A DNA stretch of 64,000 nucleotides from Porphyridium purpureum. Taxonomy: Eukaryota. Positions 11,189 through 22,274 of this stretch are shown one piece after another. How positions within the stretch are numbered: position 1 is the first letter of the stretch; every line of letters begins with the position of its first letter. Both the position numbers and the translations under genes were made by a program. The stretch lies in the NCBI GenBank assembly GCA_008690995.1, contig VRMN01000008.1:186001-250000 (forward strand), written 5' to 3'. Below the pieces are notes generated by a model. The model did no database searches. It saw nothing but the letters and a program-made list of their open reading frames with translations, and had not been told where the DNA came from.

Positions 11189-11254
11189 CTGTACCCCCAT
11201 ATCCACAAATCATAAGATACCGCCGTTTATATATGAAGAGACGGACGTACAGTT
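11189..11254. promoter_or_regulatory. COP1 upstream region: CTGTAC, TATA-like element and GTACAGTT
   Basis: CTGTAC 11189-11194; TATATAAA on the minus strand at ~11226-11233; GTACAGTT 11247-11254. Confidence 0.45.
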
Positions 11255-13075
11255 TCCAGTTTCGTGCGTGCGCAGCGCGTGAGAGGCGTGGAGAGCGCGG
11301 GAGCGGGTAAACGGCGTATCGGTTCAAAAGCGCAGGAACGCGAGCGCATGACCGGTAGGAGCGGGGTGAGGGTTGCGGCTGTTGTGTTTGGTTTCGCGGT
11401 GTGAGCGCGGCGGAGCGGTGTGTTGGTGTGTGTGTATATGGGTAGATATGGAGCCCGCGCATGAGACTAGACGCTGAGCGAGGCTGCTGCGGCAGTCGTC
11501 GGCAGGGGATATGCGAAGGCTGGGAATGTGCTTTATGGAGCAAGTTTGGGTGTGATAATATGGCTTTTGAGTTGGTAATTGGATCACATTGGCGGAATGA
11601 GACTTCCGAACAACCAGAGACGCACAAACACACACGCACACGTACACATGCAAGGTGTTTGCCGCTGCCAGGGTCTAGAACTTCAGCAGAGAGACGGCCG
11701 CAAAAATTAGTATGCAGCGGCCTGGGAGGCGCGCCCATGGCTGCGACACAAGATGGAAGAGAAGGCCGGAGTAGCGACGAGTAGTTCAAGTTCCTGTCCA
11801 AAGGGAACACACAAGAGCTCACGCTCGAATCGCCATCAGTCGATGGCTGCAACTGTAATAATGCGTAAGCATCGTGCACTTTTGGTGCAGCCAGGACATT
11901 TGCATGTTGGTGCAAGTCGAAGAGAAGTGAGACAGATGCCAGAATTCGGGAAGCCCATGTGTGCAATGCGTAAGTTTCAGTCGCTTCTTCTTTACTTTTT
12001 TTAGCACTTGCACAGTAGTTCCACGCCACTCTCGGCACTCTCACGTTTCTACTGCCGCAGTCCGCGACCTGCATACATAGGTCGCAAGTCCGCGTACGAA
12101 TGCCGTGTGCTCAGAGAAAAGGTAACCATGAGAACAAAAGGACATGAAGACTAGGACAAAACCGGTCTCCAAGACATACATGCGCTCAGTCAAAAAGTCG
12201 AGCTTTTATTCACCTGAGCTCATCATGGCCGGCTCACGCCCCCTACGAAGCGGATATCAGAAGCAAAATATCAAAGACACAACAACCTCGCTCCCGCGCT
12301 CCCGCGCTCCCGTGCCCGCCATTTAATGTCCGCTCAGATATTTAAAAAATCCATGATTAAATAGCCGTGGGATTAAAAATCGCAAGTGCATGATCGAGCG
12401 TTTCGTGCACCTTCGAGCTTCGAAAAGGCGGAACGAAATGGTGCATGCGAGCAGGCTGAACAGCTGGTCGGAGGCCTGGGCAGGTGCAGACTCGACGCTG
12501 AGCATAAGGAGGCCGTTCAGCGTGCTTGGAGCTCACGCACTGCACGCATGTGTGTGCGCGAGGTCTGTCTGATGGATAATGTATTTCTCGTGTGTCGTGC
12601 CGTAGTCGAGTGGTGCAGAGCTTGGGCCCTGCTGCGCGGAAGGATTGGTATGGTCAGAATCAGACATGCCGTGTTTCCTTGAGCTTCTGCACACTGCGCG
12701 CACAGGGTATCTGTGCACGTGGTATTACGTTGCCTTGGTTCGTGCTCGAGCGTATGACGCGAGATGAGGCTCACAGCGTCTTGACATTAAGTTGGGCGCG
12801 CCCGAACAACGTGGAGCGCCTGCTGCAGCTGACGTGTCCGTCGGTAGACGGGGCAGTAGACTCGTGAGTACGGTACTCCATGGCCTTCAGAACAATGAAT
12901 GAAACATTTGCTGAATCATTCAAAGTGCCCTTGGGTATGCATCGAAAGCGTTCCAAGCCGCCATCCAGCACCCACTCCCGTCCTGCCAGCATGGCAAGGC
13001 CATGTTCGGCCACTCATGCCGGGGGCGCCAAGATGGAAAGCCTACAGATGATGATCACGCAACCATGGAAGCGTG

Positions 13076-16000
13076 TCAAAGCAGCAACAGCTGCTCTGGC
13101 AAAGCATTTAAAAGACGCTGAAGTGCCAAAGCAGTCCCGTCGTCCTCTGGAGGAGGAGCCAGACGACGAAGCGCACGAGCATGTATGACAGGCTCTTCAC
13201 TGATAGGTCCGCGCGGCTCTCGATCACCGTGATCGAGCGATTGCAGCATATCGGCAACTGTGAAGGCGTGCAGCAAACCTGCTCGCTCCCCTACCTTGCG
13301 GCGCTTTGGGGCGCGATCGCCACGTCGTTCGCTGACAAGAGCCGCGCCAAGAAGAACGAGATACCTTCGGCATATCGGCGAGCTGGATAGTAGCGCATGT
13401 CCAAACAGCGGAACAAGCACAGATGCGAGCTGCCGTTTGGATGCCGAGTCCATGAATTCGAGATCCATTACAGCGCGTGAACATGCAGCAAGCTGCATCG
13501 CACAATGGCGGACAGACTTTGCGGCTTGACCAATACTGCTGACGGTTCTGCTTCCTCCAAGACTGCCTGCTGTACTGCCCATGTCTTCCAAGCATAGCAT
13601 GACAAAGTCTTGGACTACGCGACCATGGAGTGCATGCGAAACCGCTGTTCCATCGGATGCACTTGACACACCAACGCACAGTGTAAATAGCTCTAAAGCT
13701 TGATCGAATGCTTTCTGCTGACGGGCGATGCAAAGCAGGACGTCCAAGGCGGAAGAGGGAAAGCGGATTGGCGCAGCGTCAGCAAGACTATGTTTCAGGA
13801 CTGAGACCGACTCAAGCGTTTGCCATAAGGGCTCAAGCAGACCCTCAACCTCAACGTTGAGGAGGATCTTATCTCGCACGCACGCTTCGTATCCGCTTTC
13901 AGCAATCACGCGATTCGCGACATACAGCGCGAACACCTTGAAACAATGTGCCAGGTCTTTACACATCGATCCATACTCCCCAACTGCCATACAATGGGCA
14001 ATTGTTGCGAGAAGATGCAGTGCTTCAGGCAAGAGCTCACCGACACACCATTCGGCGAGACTTGCCAACCACGCAAGTATGCCGTTCGATTGTACTACAT
14101 CCAGCGCAACTCCACTTACACTCCTGCAAATATCAGCGAGCGCGAGCAGGGCCGCGCGTTTCACCCCAATGTCCACGGAAGTATTCTCAGAAGAGATGAG
14201 CACCATCATGATTTCGTAAAGATGGCGGCGCTTCAGAATCAGGTGATCAGCCCATGTTCGAGTTCCTTCACGCATGAGCCGGATAACGGCCAGTCGCGCG
14301 GCCCGGATACCCTGCTCCACCGAATCCCCGGAGCGCACCGAAAAACTGTCTAGCGACAGCAAGTAGTTGAGAATCGGAGCGTCATCCAGGGCAAGCTGCG
14401 GCTTACTCAACCAAAAATGAGTCAAAGGCACGAACAATGCGTGGCCCGGGTTCATAAATATGTCAAGACTGAATCGCAAAAAGGCAGCCGTTAGCGGCAA
14501 GATGCGTTGCAAGGGCTCGGTCACTGCGTGGCGAAGCCGAATGAGAAAGAACACGAACTGTTTCCGCTCCTTAAAAAATGCAGCGGAGGGGTTTAGATGG
14601 CCATGCCGTCCTTCGAAAGCGTGCTCGCTCGAGCCATCGATGCTCAACGAAGCGTCCTTGTGGGTACCCTGAGTGCCGTATTTGCCACTACTTTGCACAT
14701 GTGCATTTTTGCCGGAAGATTCGGACGTCATCTGGAGTTCGGGAACTCGTCGCTCCTCAGTAATTTCCAAAAGACCAGCCAAAACGTTGTACGCATACAG
14801 GCGATCTTGATCATTGTTCGAGGACAACCACCAGATAGCACATCCGACCAACCCAGACCTCACCCAATGATCTAGATCCAGAATCTTGCCGGTTTCGTCT
14901 ACATTACGTGCGTCTTGAATAGCAAGGTGCATGTGCCGCAACACAAACATGGCGCCGTATGCAGTAAACTCGGGTGATTTGGACGGACGCGACGTTATCG
15001 CTTGTATTCTCGAAGGCTCCAGTTCTCCTAGAACTTGCGTCGAGTCCAGTGCAAGCAGGCCATGCCGGTAGTCACCAATTTTGGCGGAGGCCGCGTCAAG
15101 CTCCGGCAATCGATCAATCGCATTTGCGACACAGCGCATCAGCTCATCGCCCGGCGAATCGGAAGCCGAGTACAAACGTGAAGCAATGAGTTGCTCGATC
15201 GCCCCGATCGCGTGCAGTGCCTGATCCGGCATCGCCTCAGAAGTTGATAGGGATCCACAGACATGTTCCTGGATCAATACCTTCAAAAAGGCACCAAAAG
15301 CGCTGAGATTTGAATCAGCGAGGCATATTCTGCCGTACATATGAGATTTGTCACACACGGTCGTCTCAATCGTCTCTAGAATTTGTCTTATGTACGGTAC
15401 GGAAAGCTTCGATGTGTGTGAAAGCAGCATTGTGCAGGTCATGAGTGCACGATTCCACCCATCCATGATCTCGTCTTCATCCTTCGGGGACACCCAACAG
15501 ACCAGCTGCCGGCAAATAAACTCTGATACGAGAGCCGGGTCGAGATCGAGCCGATCTTTTTCCACTTGAATCAACCTTCGAAGCAGTGATCCGATAGCAT
15601 TCACCTGAAATGACGATGTCCCGCATCCGGTGTCACCAATCGCCAGAAGCACTTTCAAGTAAGACGACCAATGTCCTTCTTCGGCGACGTCACATGCCCA
15701 CTCCAGTATTCGGCTCGCTGTGGCATATCTTTTCCCACGTGATTGCGGCTTCAAGATGGAAGCCGCTCTCGCGATTCGAGAGTCAGACAATCGATCAGAT
15801 TCTGAGCACAGAGGAGAAAAGTCAATGGGCAAAGACAGAATCGTACTGCGGGCATCAGAGATTCCAAGCAAAACATCCACGACATTCAGTGCAAAAGCGG
15901 GACCGATTCCTCCGCCTTTGGAACAAGCTTGGCGCAAATGCACATGTACAAGGGATTCTGCAGATCTCGAGTTCATCTCGTAGAAAATGCAGGGCCAGAA

Positions 16001-19000
16001 CAAGGCAACATTCGATAATACCAAGAAGCGATCAAGCTGACTGGACCTGAAATCAAAACCGAGATTCGCATTCATCACAGTCTGCTGCCTTTCATGCCAA
16101 GCAGCAATTGATTTCTGCAGCGCGCAGGCCTCAAATGTACGAGCGTGCACTGATTCTGGCGTGCAAGTAAACGTCGAATTGCCGTTTTTGAACCAGGACA
16201 GGAGTCTTCTCCCGAACGATGCATGGCATGCTTGGCTATCCCGAATCAAAATGCTAAGCACGTCATCATCTATCGTTGAGTTCTGACGCACTATAGCTTC
16301 AGAGACTCGGTGCATTCGCACTAGCACAACGTTTCGCACGACTCGAATTCGGCTCGGGACAAACCAGAAGAGCAAGCGCTCGGCCAGCGGATGAGTCTCC
16401 ACGATTCTTTGCAAGCTGAGCACAACATGGCGATACTGAGACGTTGAGAGCATTTTTTCAGACACTTGTGCATCGTATCTGTGTTGAAAAAACAGTTGCA
16501 GGAACCATTTAACGAGCCTGCTGCAGTCAGCGGCATCGTTGTTCGATGCTTTGCTGTCCACTCTCAGGGCTGAGCTGAACAATTTGTCACAATCCTCCAG
16601 GCATGCATTCACAAGAAATGCGCCCAGGGATAAGCGCCCTGGTGGCGCACGAGACGAAGTATCCACGGCGAGAACAAGACAGCCGAATCCCAGGGCTGCA
16701 TCACACTCCGACGACTCTATCTTCCCAACGATATACTTCGCGACCTCGCGAAACCTCCTATCACGCCTTGCGCTCTCTGCACTGTTGTACAGCTTGTCTG
16801 TATCTCCCGGTTGGCTGCTCCAAAGAAGCTCGGCAAGGATGGTCTCAAAAATTAGCAATGGATTCGACGGGAGTTTGTCTAAGCTCGGCAGTACGTGGTC
16901 GCACAAAGAAAGACAAGGGTCTGAGATAGAAAGATTGTCTTTCATCCGCTGGTCCTGTTCCGGAGTCAGAGATCCGCAGTTCATCAAGCTGATGAAAGCA
17001 TGATACGTTTCGAAGCGCTTTCGTGCGTGCTCATCGCAGATATGCACAACAAGTACCTTGTCCGAGCCGGACTTTTGTTTTCGAGAGCGCTCACGCGCTA
17101 GCACGTCATCAACAAATGCGATCAGCTCAAACGGATGCATGTTTGAATCCTTTGCCAAGGAAGACTCCATCCGTTCTGCGACCAAACGGAGAGTGTCTTG
17201 GGCGCTGGTTCTTAGGAGACTGACGAACGCCTCAAAGAGCTCAATGAGCCTCTCCTGTTCACCCTGGGAGCGCGCGATACGGTAAAGTAAACTCACAAGA
17301 AGAATGCTCAGGCCACCGCGAGTCATGTCCGTTCCTGAATCCCCGACAGGCAAAAAGTCGAGGAACATGTGAGGCTTCAGCTTCGCACTCACAAGCAATG
17401 AGCCGATTTCAACACAAAAGCTGAAATTTTCAGAGTCACTTCTTTCGCATCGAGGGCGCTGACGGCACACGGCACATATTGAATTTAACCACAGCAAATG
17501 TTCCATTCCGCTTTCGGGAGGTTCGGCGTCAGCAAACAGTCCAGTTGAAAGCATGAGCGTGCCTACTAGGCGCTCAAGCTGAATTTTCATTGTCAAAGCT
17601 TCTTGTCCAATTGATTCCTTGAGCTCCGGCTCCCTGTCTGTAGCATATTCAAACAACAATTCGGAAAAGAAGGAACAGCTTCGGCTATCAACCATTCTCT
17701 GCTTAGAGAGAATCTGAAAAGCACCTTCGCTCCATGTTTCACACGCACGTTGACAAAAGTCGAGGGCCGCAAACAAACCCATTCTCCCGCAGTTCAATCG
17801 CAAAGCCTGAAACGAACCAGGAGCGACGAACTTTGCAATGTCAAGGTGATTTCGGTGCAGCTGCTCCGGAAAAATGTCGAGAAATGACGTCAGCACGCGA
17901 AGTATGGCATCATGCTCAAGGCTTCGTATGCAACCGGCGCTAACGCTGTGAACAGGAACTTCAAGTTTAGCCTTCAGCGAAAGTAGTACATGCCAGTCCG
18001 GGTAGCGAACACGCACAGAATTCCAAAACAAAGCTCGCGACCCGGTGCTTTCTACAGTACTGCGAGTCGCAGATGAAGTCGATGAGCAAGATAACACCCT
18101 GTCACAGACATCCTGCAGCAATCTAGAACCCATGAAGGCACTGACCTTCTTCTCCGTTTCAAATAAGGTAAGCAATCGTTTTGCTCGCCGCAGAAGAAAT
18201 TCCAGCGATGCCAAACTCTCGAAGCGCACCAACGCATCGGCGTTCGTCAAGCCCGCACTGATGCAGCGAGCAACGTGTTCAGGCGCGAGCAGATTCAGAG
18301 CAATTCTAGAAACTAGGCTAGGCCAGGAAGAACTGGGATTTGAAACATCGACGATTGCTCCCTTCGGGCCAGTATCAGAAGAGCTCGTGCTCACCGGCCC
18401 TTGGCGGCTGACCTCACAAAAGTCGCGTGGAAGGCTAACTTGACTCAAAAGAGCAGCTTGGACGACAGCACACGCACCGAAAAAGTCAACTGATAAGCCA
18501 GGAGATTCAAGATGCGGCACCGCTCCTGTGGCGGTGAGCAGTTCTGGAACGCAATCCAGACGGCGCGCAATGATCTTTTTCACAAAGGTAAACGAGCGCG
18601 CACTGTAAACTTTGCAGCATTCGTGAATAAGCCGTACGACGTTGGTTGTATCCAGCAGCGCTCGAGGTTTTTGAACAAGCACGAGAATGGTAAGAAATCC
18701 TTCTATGTAGTTCACAAGCGGTTCGAGGTCGCGGACTTGACATGCTAAGGAAAAGAAGCGCGCCAATGTAGAATTGAACTCTGTTCGGAAACGCACCGCA
18801 TGGTCAAATGAAGAGGCTGCATCGAAGATGACGCCACTTGCCGAACGTCCCGCAATAGTCCGTCGCCTAAGCAAAGCACGAACCAGCTTGTGGCCCAAGG
18901 CTTTGAAAAGATCACTGTATAAATGCACTCTGTGCGAGCGTGCTGACTTTGAGAGAGGCTTTCTCGCTTTAGCGCCACCAATGCGTCCATTTGGCATCAA

Positions 19001-19711
19001 AGTATGCATCGAATTCGCAATTGCTTCCAATGCTCGGGACAGGTTCCGGAGAACGGCGCCAAGGTTTCGGGGTTCCACTGCTTCAATCATTGCGATGACA
19101 AAGCGGATGCAAGCTTCATGCGTGCTACTGTCACTTCGCGCATGCAGCGTGAGGTACCTAGAGCCCAAGTCAAATCTGGCAGAGATCTCATTCACCATGG
19201 GCGTGCCCTTCCTTGCAAGGCTTTCGAAGAGCTCGAGCATCAACGCGGCCGGCTCGTCTCTTCCCTTCTTCAGCACATTGAACAAAAGCGACGAATGCTT
19301 TCGAAGTAGATCGCGAACGAGCTGGTTTGCTGCATGTCCTGAGCCAACCGTCACAATCTGCACGAGTGCGCGAATCGCCAATGCTCGCCGCATCACGCCT
19401 CGCGCATCGTCTTCGACGATCTGCAATATTTCGTCCGCGCTGGGACTTACCGACAAAAACGCGTCGACGCGATCGCGCTTCGCCGCCGCAGAGTCCTCGG
19501 TGCGCTCCGTCGAGCCACCATTGAACTGCTTGAACGCTCGGATCGCTGCATTGCGAGCGTCCGGGTCTTTCGGATACTTGATGCTGCGCCGAAGCACAGA
19601 GACAAATTCCGTGGCGTCAAATGCATCATCGTGCTGCTCTACGACCCTGCGTGTCCAGTCCAGATCCGCCGCCGCCGCCGCAGCCGCCGCCGCGTCAGCA
19701 TCTTCGTCCAT
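13076..19711 (-). CDS. URB1: Nucleolar pre-ribosomal-associated protein 1 (URB1/Npa1-like), 2211 aa
   Basis: Large helical protein with N-terminal FLSVSPSADEIL; the C-terminal block FKERKQFVFFLIRLRHAV...FMNPGHALFVPLTHFWLSKPQLALDDAPIL resembles the NopRA1 domain. Confidence 0.8.
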   Translation of the reverse strand: MDEDADAAAAAAAAADLDWTRRVVEQHDDAFDATEFVSVLRRSIKYPKDPDARNAAIRAFKQFNGGSTERTEDSAAAKRDRVDAFLSVSPSADEILQIVEDDARGVMRRALAIRALVQIVTVGSGHAANQLVRDLLRKHSSLLFNVLKKGRDEPAALMLELFESLARKGTPMVNEISARFDLGSRYLTLHARSDSSTHEACIRFVIAMIEAVEPRNLGAVLRNLSRALEAIANSMHTLMPNGRIGGAKARKPLSKSARSHRVHLYSDLFKALGHKLVRALLRRRTIAGRSASGVIFDAASSFDHAVRFRTEFNSTLARFFSLACQVRDLEPLVNYIEGFLTILVLVQKPRALLDTTNVVRLIHECCKVYSARSFTFVKKIIARRLDCVPELLTATGAVPHLESPGLSVDFFGACAVVQAALLSQVSLPRDFCEVSRQGPVSTSSSDTGPKGAIVDVSNPSSSWPSLVSRIALNLLAPEHVARCISAGLTNADALVRFESLASLEFLLRRAKRLLTLFETEKKVSAFMGSRLLQDVCDRVLSCSSTSSATRSTVESTGSRALFWNSVRVRYPDWHVLLSLKAKLEVPVHSVSAGCIRSLEHDAILRVLTSFLDIFPEQLHRNHLDIAKFVAPGSFQALRLNCGRMGLFAALDFCQRACETWSEGAFQILSKQRMVDSRSCSFFSELLFEYATDREPELKESIGQEALTMKIQLERLVGTLMLSTGLFADAEPPESGMEHLLWLNSICAVCRQRPRCERSDSENFSFCVEIGSLLVSAKLKPHMFLDFLPVGDSGTDMTRGGLSILLVSLLYRIARSQGEQERLIELFEAFVSLLRTSAQDTLRLVAERMESSLAKDSNMHPFELIAFVDDVLARERSRKQKSGSDKVLVVHICDEHARKRFETYHAFISLMNCGSLTPEQDQRMKDNLSISDPCLSLCDHVLPSLDKLPSNPLLIFETILAELLWSSQPGDTDKLYNSAESARRDRRFREVAKYIVGKIESSECDAALGFGCLVLAVDTSSRAPPGRLSLGAFLVNACLEDCDKLFSSALRVDSKASNNDAADCSRLVKWFLQLFFQHRYDAQVSEKMLSTSQYRHVVLSLQRIVETHPLAERLLFWFVPSRIRVVRNVVLVRMHRVSEAIVRQNSTIDDDVLSILIRDSQACHASFGRRLLSWFKNGNSTFTCTPESVHARTFEACALQKSIAAWHERQQTVMNANLGFDFRSSQLDRFLVLSNVALFWPCIFYEMNSRSAESLVHVHLRQACSKGGGIGPAFALNVVDVLLGISDARSTILSLPIDFSPLCSESDRLSDSRIARAASILKPQSRGKRYATASRILEWACDVAEEGHWSSYLKVLLAIGDTGCGTSSFQVNAIGSLLRRLIQVEKDRLDLDPALVSEFICRQLVCWVSPKDEDEIMDGWNRALMTCTMLLSHTSKLSVPYIRQILETIETTVCDKSHMYGRICLADSNLSAFGAFLKVLIQEHVCGSLSTSEAMPDQALHAIGAIEQLIASRLYSASDSPGDELMRCVANAIDRLPELDAASAKIGDYRHGLLALDSTQVLGELEPSRIQAITSRPSKSPEFTAYGAMFVLRHMHLAIQDARNVDETGKILDLDHWVRSGLVGCAIWWLSSNNDQDRLYAYNVLAGLLEITEERRVPELQMTSESSGKNAHVQSSGKYGTQGTHKDASLSIDGSSEHAFEGRHGHLNPSAAFFKERKQFVFFLIRLRHAVTEPLQRILPLTAAFLRFSLDIFMNPGHALFVPLTHFWLSKPQLALDDAPILNYLLSLDSFSVRSGDSVEQGIRAARLAVIRLMREGTRTWADHLILKRRHLYEIMMVLISSENTSVDIGVKRAALLALADICRSVSGVALDVVQSNGILAWLASLAEWCVGELLPEALHLLATIAHCMAVGEYGSMCKDLAHCFKVFALYVANRVIAESGYEACVRDKILLNVEVEGLLEPLWQTLESVSVLKHSLADAAPIRFPSSALDVLLCIARQQKAFDQALELFTLCVGVSSASDGTAVSHALHGRVVQDFVMLCLEDMGSTAGSLGGSRTVSSIGQAAKSVRHCAMQLAACSRAVMDLEFMDSASKRQLASVLVPLFGHALLSSSPICRRYLVLLGAALVSERRGDRAPKRRKVGERAGLLHAFTVADMLQSLDHGDREPRGPISEEPVIHARALRRLAPPPEDDGTALALQRLLNALPEQLLLL

Positions 19712-19820
19712 TCCGTTTGCTCGGCACTCGTCTGCACGGCCGCAACGCGCACGCCCTGGCCGAATCGGTTCCGCAAGTTTAAACCGTTAACTGAATCGGC
19801 GAAAGTTCATTCCTTTGGAG

Positions 19821-19836
19821 GTACAGTTCACTGTAC
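19821..19836. promoter_or_regulatory. Inverted pair GTACAG-ttca-CTGTAC between URB1 and the hotdog gene
   Basis: Read directly in the ~190-bp divergent spacer. Confidence 0.55.
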
Positions 19837-19900
19837 TTTTGCACTGCGGACAGGCTTGGCTCGCAGTCTGGTCAGCCATGTGCGGCGTTTGTGTGCGCCG

Positions 19901-20383
19901 ATGGCCGCCTCGTTCCCGACGGTGCGCAGTCTGCTGCGGCACCGCGAGCCGCTTCTGTTTCTCGACCGCATCCAGGCCCAGAATGTCGGGGACTGGTGCC
20001 TCGCGCGCAGCGCCGCATGCACGAACAGTGAAAGTGGGTGGGGCCGCTTTGATGTGCTGGAGATGCTCGGACAGTGTTCCGCGCTTATTCTCGCACAAAT
20101 GCCCAAGTACAAGGACTCGGGCGTGCCGGTGTTTGCAGCCATGAACTGGGTGCGGTGGAAGGAACTGGACACCGTCGTACCGGAAACAAAGTTGGACGTC
20201 TATGCCAAGCTCGATCCGACCCGCTCACGAACCAGCATGGGCACTGTTCGTGCATGCGCGGGTTCGCTCAAGCCAGAGGATTTCAGCGAAGGGAGCACGG
20301 GTTTGATCTTTGATAGGGGCAGCTGGGTTTGTGAAGCAGAACTTGTATTTGCATTCGTTCCAAGTACACACACGACCAGATGA
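19901..20383 (+). CDS. Hotdog-fold FabZ/FabA-like acyl dehydratase, divergent
   Basis: LLRHREPLLFLDRI (cf. LPHRYPFLLVDR), LEMLGQ (cf. EAMAQ), FAAMNWVRW, VCEAELVF. Confidence 0.7.
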   Translation: MAASFPTVRSLLRHREPLLFLDRIQAQNVGDWCLARSAACTNSESGWGRFDVLEMLGQCSALILAQMPKYKDSGVPVFAAMNWVRWKELDTVVPETKLDVYAKLDPTRSRTSMGTVRACAGSLKPEDFSEGSTGLIFDRGSWVCEAELVFAFVPSTHTTR

Positions 20384-20468
20384 TGCTGGATTTCGCAAGC
20401 TAAATGACGGCCAAAAATCTTTAAACATGGAGACCGATCAACACGCACTCACAGAAGCGCTCTCCAGC

Positions 20469-21896
20469 TCATGCGCCCATGGCATATCGCATAATGCGGT
20501 CCTTGATCCCTGGTGCGGAGGAAATAATGCCAGTGCCCATGGCTCGAATCGCAGCCGCGACCGGACCGGGCGTCTTGTAGATGCGGCCGACGGCGTCAAT
20601 CGACATAATCATGGCTACGTTTTTGAGCAGACGATCTTTTTGATAATTGAGCAGCACCGCGCCCCCGTCTCCCCCCAGATCGCGCCCGCATTCCGCGGCG
20701 CACATCAGCCTGTTCGCCATGCTGGCTGCATCTGCAAGTCCAAGATTGACCCCTTGCCCAGCGAGCGGATGAACCGCATGAGCAGCATCGCCGAGCAAAG
20801 CGACTCGCCCATTCACGTATTGTGGCGCATGTCCAAAAACGAGAGGAAAGGTTGCTCGCTGCGACCCGGCCGCAAGACTTTTGAAATCTAGGGCGTGAGG
20901 TCCCGTGAGAGCGTCTCTTAGCTCCTCGATGAACTCTGTTTCCGTGCAATCCTGCAAAAGCATGGCCTCTGTGTCTGATGTGGACCAAACCACATTCATG
21001 ACGGTTTCGCCGCTCGCGAGGTGACGAATGGGTAGAAGAGCAATCGGTCCCGTGGGGAGAAAGTTCTGGAAAGCCGTCGAAGATATCGAACTCGCCCCTG
21101 GCTTGTCCTGTTTCTGTTCATCTCCGGAAACTATCACGTTGGCAACAACCGCTCGTTGCTCGTACGAGAAAGAAAACCATGGCATCGAAAAGAGCTTTCG
21201 TATATTGCTGTTTCGTCCGTCCGTCGCCACAAGAACCCGGGCGGTCAATGGTTGGGGTGTGCGCTGGATCACAGGCCATTCGTCGCCGCGGGGATTATAC
21301 ATGACGTCACGGACCGGCTCTGCAAAAATATCTAGACACGAAGGAGCGCTCGTACTATTTTCGTTTTGAACGTCGCGCAGCTGAGAGTACAGCGCCGAAA
21401 GCAATGTTTCGTTCTCCACGACGGACGCCATGTACTCGGGCTGCTGCGTCCGACTGGCAGCACTTGCGTCAAAGTTGAGTACGCTTGCTGCGTGCAGCGC
21501 AGCGCTGGAGTATCCCGTGTGATCCCATACCACCATGCGTTTGACCTTTGGCCTGCGCAACTCTGGAATTCTCTGCCACACGCCACAGCTTTGTAGCACA
21601 GCCTCTGACTCGACTGTGATAGTGCTCGTGCGCAAGCTGACATTCCGATCCTTTTGCTCCCCATACTCATGTTTTGCGTCTTCTTTTCCGGCACGTTCCA
21701 GAAACGCATGTGCGTTTGGCTCAAACAGCGCGACGCGCAGACGCCGCTGGCTGGTCAACAAGCACGCCACGGTCGCTCCAACAATGCCACCTCCGCTAAT
21801 AACCACATCATACCAAGCATCCGATATCTTTGTTGCGTATGCGCGGCGGGCCGGTGCCCGCCACAACGCACAAGAATTGCCAACACGACGCATCAT
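20469..21896 (-). CDS. COQ6: Ubiquinone biosynthesis FAD monooxygenase COQ6 (UbiH family)
   Basis: DVVISGGGIVG, DGRNSNIR, AFQNFLPTGPIALLP, RVALLGDAAHAVHPLAGQGVNLG; mitochondrial presequence MMRRVG. Confidence 0.9.
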   Translation of the reverse strand: MMRRVGNSCALWRAPARRAYATKISDAWYDVVISGGGIVGATVACLLTSQRRLRVALFEPNAHAFLERAGKEDAKHEYGEQKDRNVSLRTSTITVESEAVLQSCGVWQRIPELRRPKVKRMVVWDHTGYSSAALHAASVLNFDASAASRTQQPEYMASVVENETLLSALYSQLRDVQNENSTSAPSCLDIFAEPVRDVMYNPRGDEWPVIQRTPQPLTARVLVATDGRNSNIRKLFSMPWFSFSYEQRAVVANVIVSGDEQKQDKPGASSISSTAFQNFLPTGPIALLPIRHLASGETVMNVVWSTSDTEAMLLQDCTETEFIEELRDALTGPHALDFKSLAAGSQRATFPLVFGHAPQYVNGRVALLGDAAHAVHPLAGQGVNLGLADAASMANRLMCAAECGRDLGGDGGAVLLNYQKDRLLKNVAMIMSIDAVGRIYKTPGPVAAAIRAMGTGIISSAPGIKDRIMRYAMGA

Positions 21897-22274
21897 CTGC
21901 GACTCAACCTTTCTCCCCGCACGCTTCCTCCATCTCCACCTCAACCACAAGCTTCCCGCACAACCAGAAGAAAGCGCGTGTAATTTCTCATGTAATTTTT
22001 CACGCCGCACTGTACCGCCTCTCCGAATATTGGAATTACACGTCTCGTAAATTCCGGAGTCAAATTACAACGCAAATTGCATCTGCGCAAGTGGTGCGTT
22101 GCGAGAATGAATCGGGAAGAAAGCGCAAGTTGTCGACGAGCGTCTGTGGCAGGAAGGAAGGGTCTGCGTTTGACAGACTTGCCGCGAGCCCCGCCGCCTT
22201 GGTACCTGCGCGGCAATCGGAGTTCTCTTGAGAAACGAAACCTGCGCGGCGGTTACCTTCATGCGCGCAGCGAA

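Noticed and set aside
11070..12074. 334-aa minus-strand ORF abutting the COP1 ORF
   Set aside because: Low-complexity, no domain, and it runs through the probable COP1 promoter.
12288..12380. Short CTCCCGCG tandem repeat and imperfect AT-rich inverted repeat
   Set aside because: Too short and imperfect to support a MITE or ncRNA.
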